32,000 nucleotides of DNA, taken from contig NC_003272.1 in the NCBI RefSeq assembly GCF_000009705.1, positions 1,560,001 through 1,592,000 on the forward strand, read 5' to 3'. Under the pieces are notes generated by a model. That model saw only the letters and a program-made list of their open reading frames with translations, was not told the origin of the DNA and did no database searches. A program made the translations under genes and the position numbers. Each line of letters opens with the position of its first letter. The stretch's first letter is position 1. Positions 25,689 through 32,000 of this stretch are shown here, piece after piece. This DNA comes from Nostoc sp. PCC 7120 = FACHB-418. Its GTDB lineage: Bacteria > Cyanobacteriota > Cyanobacteriia > Cyanobacteriales > Nostocaceae.

Positions 25689-27539
25689 ATGCAAATCTGC
25701 CAAAATCCCAGTTGTTCAAACCCATTCAATCCTGATGGCAATAGATTTTGCATGAGTTGCGGACAAAGCAACTTTGGCAAACTACTAAGAAATCGCTACC
25801 GCGTACTAGGACTGTTAGGTGAAGGTGGATTCAGCAAGACCTATGCAGCTGAAGACGCAGATAGACTAGATGCGCCTTGTGTCATCAAACAATTCTTTCC
25901 ACAAATTCAAGGAACCGGACAACGCAGCAAAGCGGCAGAATTTTTTAAAGAAGAAGCCTTCCGCCTGTATGAACTGGGAGAAAATCACACTCAAATACCA
26001 AGATTATTAGCTTACTTTGAACAAGGTTCTAGCTTATATCTGGTTCAGGAGTTTATTAAAGGACTAACACTTTTACAAGAAGTCCAGCAAGAACCATTTA
26101 ATGAAGAAAAAATTCGGCAACTGTTAATTGATTTATTGCCAGTTCTCGATTTTGTTCATTTTCATCATGTCATCCACCGAGATATTAAGCCAGAAAATAT
26201 TATTCGGCGTGATGGTGATGGCAAATTAGTATTAATTGATTTTGGTGGTGCCAAACAAGTTACCCAAACTAGTATAGCTAGACAGGCAACAGCTATTTAT
26301 ACCCTTGGTTATGCGCCAACTGAACAAATGGCGGGGTTTGCTTGTCATGCTAGTGATTTATATGCTTTGGGTGTTACTTGTGTCAGGTTGTTAACCCAAT
26401 GCTTACCGCAACAAAATCTTTATGGACATATTGATGATGGTCTTTATGACCCTATGAATGGTAAATGGTTATGGCAAGAATATCTACAGGACAGAGGTAT
26501 CACGATTAGTGAAAATTTAAGTCAAATTTTAGATAAATTACTTAAGCATTTACCTAGTGAAAGATATCAATCAGCCGCAGAAGTTCTCCATGATTTACAA
26601 GTCTTCACAGCAATAGTTGAGGAAACTCAAATTTTGCCAAATACTCAAACAACATTAGTCCCATTAGCACCAGCAACACAAAGAACAAAACGACCATTAC
26701 CTCCCCTACAAACCTTTGAGTATGAGGTAGTGACGGTAGATACAGCCGGCCGTATCGTCAACCGCGATCGCACCAATACCCAAATTCTGGTAGAACAATT
26801 AAACAAAGACATCACCCTGGAAATGTTGTCAATTCCCGGCGGTGCATACCTGATGGGTTCGCCCAACTTTGAAGGAGATGCCGACGAACGCCCCCAACAC
26901 CAAGTAGCGATCGCCCCCTTTTTCATGGGAAAATATCCCGTAACTCAAGCACAGTGGCGAGCTGTCGCTGGCTTACCCAAAATTAAACAAGCCTTAAATC
27001 CTTACCCCTCAAAATACAAAGGTCAAAATCGACCAGTAGAAAACGTCTCTTGGCACGAAGTTTTAGAATTTTGTGCCAGACTCTCCGAAAAAACCGGACG
27101 GGAATATCGCCTACCCAGCGAAGCCGAATGGGAATATGCTTGTCGTGCTGGAACAACTACATCTTTCCATTTTGGCGAAACCATCACCCCTGATTTAGCC
27201 AACTTTAGCGACAGCGACATTCACAATATCGAAGCCAAAACCAGATATCGTAAAGAAACTACGGATGTCGGCAATTTTCGCGTAGCCAACGCCTTTGGAT
27301 TGTACGATATGCACGGCTTAGTCTGGGAATGGTGCGCTGACCCTTGGCACAATAACTACAACGGCGCACCAACAGACGGTAGTGTGTGGGAAGCGGGTGG
27401 TGATATATATCGCCGAGTGTTGCGTGGCGGTTCTTGGAACTTTGGCGCGGAACTTTGCCGCAGCGCCAGCCGCAGTTGGAATGAGTCAGATGGCGGCTTA
27501 AGGATATGCGGTTTTCGGGTGGTATTTTCCGCAGGTTAG
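25689..27539 (+). CDS. Ser/Thr protein kinase with N-terminal 4-Cys zinc-ribbon-like prefix and C-terminal FGE-sulfatase (SUMF1-like) domain
   Basis: 4-Cys prefix 'CQNPSC...CMSCG'. Kinase motifs 'VIKQF', 'HRDIKPEN', 'DFG' and 'GYAPTEQ'. The C-terminal part reads 'HQVAIAPFFMGKYPVTQAQW', 'NVSWHE', 'RLPSEAEWEYACRAG' and 'VLRGGSW'. Confidence 0.9.
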   Translation: MQICQNPSCSNPFNPDGNRFCMSCGQSNFGKLLRNRYRVLGLLGEGGFSKTYAAEDADRLDAPCVIKQFFPQIQGTGQRSKAAEFFKEEAFRLYELGENHTQIPRLLAYFEQGSSLYLVQEFIKGLTLLQEVQQEPFNEEKIRQLLIDLLPVLDFVHFHHVIHRDIKPENIIRRDGDGKLVLIDFGGAKQVTQTSIARQATAIYTLGYAPTEQMAGFACHASDLYALGVTCVRLLTQCLPQQNLYGHIDDGLYDPMNGKWLWQEYLQDRGITISENLSQILDKLLKHLPSERYQSAAEVLHDLQVFTAIVEETQILPNTQTTLVPLAPATQRTKRPLPPLQTFEYEVVTVDTAGRIVNRDRTNTQILVEQLNKDITLEMLSIPGGAYLMGSPNFEGDADERPQHQVAIAPFFMGKYPVTQAQWRAVAGLPKIKQALNPYPSKYKGQNRPVENVSWHEVLEFCARLSEKTGREYRLPSEAEWEYACRAGTTTSFHFGETITPDLANFSDSDIHNIEAKTRYRKETTDVGNFRVANAFGLYDMHGLVWEWCADPWHNNYNGAPTDGSVWEAGGDIYRRVLRGGSWNFGAELCRSASRSWNESDGGLRICGFRVVFSAG

Positions 27540-27575
27540 ATCGGGTCATTGGTAATGAAAGAGAATTTAATTTGT

Positions 27576-27606
27576 CCCCATCCCCAATCCCCAATCCCTC
27601 ATCCCC
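27576..27606. repeat. STRR1-type heptamers (CCCCAAT orientation)
   Basis: 'ccccatccccaatccccaatccctcatcccc', read directly between the kinase and ARH genes. Confidence 0.75.
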
Positions 27607-27685
27607 GCCTTGTAACAACTATGGCAACAAGCTTTTCAGGAAATCTATAAAGTAGATTTTTGATCATCTACATGGAGATTAGATA

Positions 27686-28627
27686 ATGCTAACCGCTCCA
27701 AAAACTTTATCTGGTTTGATGGGTTTATGTGTCGGTGATGCGTTGGGTGTGCCGGTGGAGTTTACTAGCCGCGCCGAACTAGCTAAATCTCCGGTAACAA
27801 AGATGCTAGGCTACGGCACATGGAACCAACCCCCAGGAACTTGGTCTGATGACAGTTCTTTGACATTTTGCCTGGCAGAAAGTCTATGTAGAGGCTATTC
27901 GCTAGATGCGATCGCTCATTCTTTCTGGCGTTGGTACAAACAAGCTTACTGGACACCCCGTGGGGAAATCTTTGGCATTGGTGAAAGCACTCATGCCGTA
28001 ATTATGCGTCTCAAGCAAGGAATTTCCCCATTACACGCAGGGGGAATCAGTGAGATGAGTAATGGTAATGGTTCTTTGATGAGAATTTTACCAATGGCCT
28101 ATTGCCATAAAAATTTACCTTTTGGTGAGTTGATTCAGCGTGTGCATGAAGTTTCTGGCATTACCCACGCTCATCGTCGTTCCCAAATGGCCTGCGGTAT
28201 TTACATTAGCATTGCTGTGGAGATCCTCAAAGGATCTGATCTGCCCACAGCTTATTTACAAGGGCTAGAAAATATCCACAAAATCTATTCATCTGAAGAA
28301 TATATTCGAGAACAGCCACATTTTCAGCGAGTCCTCAGCCGGGAAATTGCCCAGTTATCAGCAGCAGAGATCAATTCTGGTGGTTATGTAATTGACACCT
28401 TAGAAGCGTCTCTGTGGTGTTTGTTAAATACTTCTTCTTACTCCGAGGCTGTGCTGAAAGCAGTCAACTTGGGGGGGCATACAGACACAACGGCGGCGGT
28501 AACAGGGGGGTTAGCGGGGATTTACTACGGAATCGAATATATTCCCCAACAATGGGTAAATCAAATTGCTCGGAAACAAGACATTATTAATTTGGCGAAT
28601 CGCTTTGCGGCGGCTGTTTATTTATAG
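27686..28627 (+). CDS. ADP-ribosylglycohydrolase family protein
   Basis: 'GLCVGDALGVPVEF', 'WSDDSSL' and a C-terminal 'GGHTDTTAAVTGGLAG' motif. GGAGA RBS. Confidence 0.85.
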   Translation: MLTAPKTLSGLMGLCVGDALGVPVEFTSRAELAKSPVTKMLGYGTWNQPPGTWSDDSSLTFCLAESLCRGYSLDAIAHSFWRWYKQAYWTPRGEIFGIGESTHAVIMRLKQGISPLHAGGISEMSNGNGSLMRILPMAYCHKNLPFGELIQRVHEVSGITHAHRRSQMACGIYISIAVEILKGSDLPTAYLQGLENIHKIYSSEEYIREQPHFQRVLSREIAQLSAAEINSGGYVIDTLEASLWCLLNTSSYSEAVLKAVNLGGHTDTTAAVTGGLAGIYYGIEYIPQQWVNQIARKQDIINLANRFAAAVYL

Positions 28628-28630
28628 TTA

Positions 28631-28683
28631 GGGGTGTAGGGGTATGGGGGTTTAGGGGTATCGTGGTATGAGGGTGTAAAGGT
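28631..28683. repeat. G-rich GTAGGGGT-type repeats
   Basis: 'ggggtgtaggggtatgggggtttaggggta...agggtgtaaaggta'. This is an imperfect inverted partner of the array at 28745-28792. Confidence 0.65.
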
Positions 28684-28744
28684 ATATATAAAACCGTAAA
28701 CAGTGTTGAATCACTTGGATCTCGATTTTATCCGTTAATTCTTT

Positions 28745-28792
28745 CCCCTACACCCTTACACCCCTACACCCTTACACCCCTACACCCTTACA
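28745..28792. repeat. Three perfect 16-bp tandem units (CCCCTACACCCTTACA)
   Basis: Read directly. The stop codon of the 28788..30071 ORF lies in the third unit. Confidence 0.9.
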
Positions 28793-30071
28793 CCAGAGAC
28801 AAAGAATAGACCTGACCATCAATTAACAGTCTGGTGATACCCTTAGCTTGCAGATGGGTGCGAGCTTTGTGCAGCATTCTACTATCGGGGACTTTAATCA
28901 CGCGATCGCGCTTGGTAGAAAAGCGTTTAGCCACACGGTGGTTATCAAATATTGGTAGTGTTCTTTGCTGGGTTTCTAGACTAGGAATTTGCCCCAAATC
29001 ACCAAAGTCTTTGAGTGGTCTGGTAATTAACTCCGAGGAGCGATCAATAACCAAATAGCAGGTCTTGGGCAAAGATGCCACAGATAGGGGCAGTACTTGC
29101 ACTGCGGCATCCCCAAATCTCCTTCTGGTAACTAGAGGTCTTGCCTCCTCTAAGTCGTCTTCCTCGTCCTCGTAGTCTTCCTCATCTAAATCTTCGTCTA
29201 AGTCCTCCTCTAAATCATCTAAATCCTCGGATTCGTCCAGTAAGTCTTCGCCAAGCATTTCGGCGATTACCTGCGGTGGAGCATAGCCCATCGGTGTGAC
29301 TTCCGCCGTTTCATCTTCTAGCGATGGACTGGAAACACTGATAATTTCCTGCGGTTTCCCTACAGGAATTTCCAATTGCCGTGCTATGGGTTCCCTGTCT
29401 TCTTCCTCTGAGGCAGAACGCCGCCGCACTCTTCTAATGACTGGGGTTGGTTTTTCTTCTTCCTCAGCAAAGAACTCTGGTTTGGCTTGTCGTGCCTTTC
29501 TAATAACTGGGGTTGGTTTTTCTTCTTCCTCAGCAAAGAACTCTGGTTTGGCTTGCCGTGCCTTTCTAATAACTGGGGTTGGTTTCTCTTCTTCAGGTAA
29601 AGGTGCTGGCTTGGCTTGCCGTCCCCTCCTAATTACAGGGGTTGGTTTTTCTTCCTCTGCCAACAAAGGTTGGGGGTTCTCTTCCGGCAAAGGTGCCGGT
29701 TTAGCTTGCCGTCCCTTTCTAATAACTGGGGTTGGCTTGTCTTCTACCCGTGAAGGTTCCGGTTTTGTGATTGGCTCTGGTAGCTCAACCTTCTGAGTGC
29801 TGATGACCGGGGCTTCCTCTGGTTGTCCCACAAAAGGAATTTGGTCATAACTGACCTGCGCTCTACCTTCAGGAGTCCTAGCAGCACGTTTCAAAGAAAC
29901 GAGAAATTCGTACTCATCTTCAGGCAAGGTACTTTTGAGCAGACGGCTAATTGTGGAATTACTCACGTCATAGCGTTCTGCTAAGGTTGAGGTCGTTTCA
30001 GCAGTTTCTCGATATAGCTTGAGAATTTCTTGTTTGTCAGAGTTTGTTAGTTTTCTCACGGTAGATACCAA
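28788..30071 (-). CDS. HTH-domain protein with tandem basic/acidic repeats and a conserved-looking C-terminal domain
   Basis: N-terminal HTH-like segment 'SDKQEILKLYRETAETTSTLAERYDVSNSTISRLLK'. Five 'KPTPVIR(K/R)xRQAKP' units, then a poly-acidic stretch 'DESEDLDDLEEDLDEDLDEEDYEDEEDD', then a ~110-aa C-terminal globular part. Confidence 0.7.
   Translation of the reverse strand: MVSTVRKLTNSDKQEILKLYRETAETTSTLAERYDVSNSTISRLLKSTLPEDEYEFLVSLKRAARTPEGRAQVSYDQIPFVGQPEEAPVISTQKVELPEPITKPEPSRVEDKPTPVIRKGRQAKPAPLPEENPQPLLAEEEKPTPVIRRGRQAKPAPLPEEEKPTPVIRKARQAKPEFFAEEEEKPTPVIRKARQAKPEFFAEEEEKPTPVIRRVRRRSASEEEDREPIARQLEIPVGKPQEIISVSSPSLEDETAEVTPMGYAPPQVIAEMLGEDLLDESEDLDDLEEDLDEDLDEEDYEDEEDDLEEARPLVTRRRFGDAAVQVLPLSVASLPKTCYLVIDRSSELITRPLKDFGDLGQIPSLETQQRTLPIFDNHRVAKRFSTKRDRVIKVPDSRMLHKARTHLQAKGITRLLIDGQVYSLSLV
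29418..29738 (-). repeat. In-frame tandem coding repeats (63-66 bp, about 5 units)
   Basis: Units 29441-29506 and 29507-29572 differ at one base. The flanking units are more diverged. Confidence 0.9.
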
Positions 30072-30077
30072 TCTTTT

Positions 30078-30935
30078 CTATGCTCGTTTTCTTCCGCGCT
30101 CCCGCCGAGTCCGGCTTAATGATGCGTCATATTCTAGGGCAGCGCCCATACCAAATAACACTCCACTAAACACCCAAAACACTTCTAGTATTTCTCCACT
30201 TTGATAATTGGGACCTTGAGCGTATTTAAACCACATATCTGCAATGTAGAGCGAAAAGGCGGCCGCCGCAATCATTCTCCAGGATTGAGAAACACGTCCT
30301 CCCCAAAAAGCTAGTAATAAGGTGGTGGCGATGATTAATAGCAATACGTCGCTGACTATGTAAAACCAATTCAAAATCGTGACTATTGTTTCTTGAGAGC
30401 CTGTTGCTTGCTGGATAGAAATCCACCATGCCAATAAACTCCCGAATACTCCAATTGCCAAGACAATGAGCCATTGCCATTTTTCCAGATTAATTCGCCT
30501 GGTAGCTACTGCTAAAATCATGCCTACGCCTAGAGATATATAACTTAATACAAAAAACACGTCACCAATAGAGGCATCCGGTTCTTCTTTTAAAACTATT
30601 TCTGTATAGCCAAAAAATATCCCCCCCAGGAAATAAGAAATCATACCTATGGCGATCGCTAGCCACACATTACGACTGCTCACAATTTGTGGACTCCGCC
30701 AATTCCGCAAGCACAATATTCCGGCATTTAGGTAAGCTAAGGCTTCAAAAATATTTGTCCCTAGTACATACCACTCTGCTCGGCTTTCGACACCATCTGC
30801 CCCTGGGACTTTGGCACTGAATAACAAAAAGTATAACAGTGCCAGTACACCCCAACCAATGCTAGCTAAAACGATGTTCTGGGTGGTGAACAAGGATTTA
30901 ACAGTTTGAGGTGAATTCTTGTAAGAACTATTCAT
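30078..30935 (-). CDS. Polytopic membrane protein (~7 TM), hypothetical
   Basis: 285 aa with seven hydrophobic segments and a basic C-terminal tail 'SRTRRERGRKRA'. Its stop is only 6 nt upstream of the start of the HTH gene. Confidence 0.65.
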   Translation of the reverse strand: MNSSYKNSPQTVKSLFTTQNIVLASIGWGVLALLYFLLFSAKVPGADGVESRAEWYVLGTNIFEALAYLNAGILCLRNWRSPQIVSSRNVWLAIAIGMISYFLGGIFFGYTEIVLKEEPDASIGDVFFVLSYISLGVGMILAVATRRINLEKWQWLIVLAIGVFGSLLAWWISIQQATGSQETIVTILNWFYIVSDVLLLIIATTLLLAFWGGRVSQSWRMIAAAAFSLYIADMWFKYAQGPNYQSGEILEVFWVFSGVLFGMGAALEYDASLSRTRRERGRKRA

Positions 30936-30988
30936 AGGGTTTGACTAAATGTACTCTGGCAAGATTTTGTTGTGCAAGAACTTGTAGA

Positions 30989-31026
30989 GGGGATTAGGGA
31001 CTGGGGATTAGGGACTGGGGATTAGG
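30989..31026. repeat. STRR1-type heptamers (GGGGATT/AGGGACT)
   Basis: 'ggggattagggactggggattagggactggggattagg', read directly. Confidence 0.8.
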
Positions 31027-31125
31027 AAGTAATTATTCTTGACTTCTACCTCAGGACTCAGTACCCAGCACTTTTTCGTTTTTCTCGCAACTGCCAATAG
31101 TTACTTTTTTTCTACAAGTTTTATG

Positions 31126-31785
31126 CTATTGCCACAGTTTACTCAGTGAAGATTGATTTAGCCAAGATATAAATAGCGATCGCTCACCTTCTGGCATATC
31201 TTGTAACTTATCGGCTATTTGTCCAGCAAAGTTGGCGTTGCCAAAATACTGTTTTCCTAGTTTATGTAGTTCTTGCAAGAAGCTAGTCACATGATTTTCC
31301 TTCCAGGCAGGGAGTTTAGCGGATTCCAAAGGATTAGTTTTCACCCAATGCTTGACTGCTTCAATAGAAGAAGTTTCTGGAAACTGCTGTTGTCGCATGA
31401 CTTCAGCGATATCTTTTTCAAATAGTGCAGCTTGCTTTGTACCTAAAAAATCTTCAATATCCATGTGGACGGCTTGTAACAGCAAAATACTCGCTTGGAC
31501 AAACACCCCATTTTTATTATGACCACCAGTATCATTACCTAGTTGGTCTAAGCGTACCTTACCCCAAACGCTAAAGCGATCCGGTTCTTCCAGCAAGACA
31601 CAAGCTTTACCCCGGTGATCGGTTAATTCTCTCCACAAGGCTCTAGCCTCTTCCTCTTGTCCAGCTTTGAACACGCTAATCAAGCGAAAAGTCTGCCCCT
31701 GATAATGGAGGATCGGCACTTGCTGATCCTTTTTTGGGTGCTGAATGCTTGATATTTCAACATCCTGCCGTTTCAAAATAAACAT
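31126..31785 (-). CDS. Conserved hypothetical protein (219 aa, soluble)
   Basis: A long ORF with no competing frame. I recognise no catalytic or binding motif. Confidence 0.55.
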   Translation of the reverse strand: MFILKRQDVEISSIQHPKKDQQVPILHYQGQTFRLISVFKAGQEEEARALWRELTDHRGKACVLLEEPDRFSVWGKVRLDQLGNDTGGHNKNGVFVQASILLLQAVHMDIEDFLGTKQAALFEKDIAEVMRQQQFPETSSIEAVKHWVKTNPLESAKLPAWKENHVTSFLQELHKLGKQYFGNANFAGQIADKLQDMPEGERSLFISWLNQSSLSKLWQ

Positions 31786-32000
31786 GGCACTAGCAAATAA
31801 CTCCTCACAGGGGCTTTGTAGATAAGCGATTTATAGTCTGATTTAGCAGTATCGCCAAGAGTGCGATTACTTACGTAATGTGAGTGGAATTGGACTAGTG
31901 TTTGTAAAAGAGTTTACCTTAGACTAACTGAACTAGTCAGCTTCCCACTCAACACGCAAATAACTGCCCATTGACCAAACAATATAGCTAATCAATAGCC

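Noticed and set aside
27400-27539. In-window DGR template repeat or reverse transcriptase for the kinase FGE C-terminus
   Set aside because: I found no second copy of this segment and no RT-like ORF in the 32 kb by eye. Only the architecture-based hypothesis is kept, in the findings.
27259-27618. 119-aa minus-strand ORF at the kinase 3' end
   Set aside because: It is antisense to the conserved FGE-domain C-terminus and extends into STRR heptamers.
29296-29796. 166-aa plus-strand ORF ('ITGVGFSSSSAKNSGLACRAF' repeats)
   Set aside because: It is the antisense shadow of the 66-bp tandem repeats in the 28788..30071 gene. The minus-strand frame is far longer and has coherent domains.

Overview
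The window looks like a chromosomal segment from a filamentous Nostoc/Anabaena-type cyanobacterium. Three lineage signatures support this: about 22 copies of the HIP1 palindrome GCGATCGC, many 7-nt STRR-type tandem arrays in intergenic DNA, and a ValRS carrying a CAAD membrane-anchor insertion. I support about 25 protein-coding genes and found no rRNA, tRNA or CRISPR array by eye.

Gene layout:
- 1-17 kb, mostly minus strand, housekeeping: GT39-like membrane glycosyltransferase, valS, panE-like reductase, fasciclin protein, GNAT, TPR/coiled-coil protein, dnaG, amidase/glucosaminidase, dprA, a membrane protein and a DUF62 SAM hydrolase.
- 17.0-23.8 kb is the longest HIP1-free stretch and looks accessory. 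It holds a signal-peptide metallophosphoesterase whose C-terminal ~100 aa resemble domain 4 (the membrane/cholesterol-recognition module) of cholesterol-dependent cytolysins, a small secreted protein, a 953-aa NACHT-pentapeptide STAND NTPase with an uncharacterised helical N-terminal region, and a decayed IS50/IS4-like element ending in a MITE-like unit.
- 24.5-28.6 kb, plus strand: a lone PotC-like ABC permease, a 4-Cys/Ser-Thr kinase/FGE-sulfatase fusion, and an ADP-ribosylglycohydrolase with an unusual His in its metal-binding motif.
- 28.8-31.8 kb, minus strand: a 7-TM protein tightly coupled to an HTH protein carrying 66-bp tandem coding repeats, then a conserved hypothetical gene.

All family assignments rest on motif recognition from the translated ORFs. 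No database search was possible.
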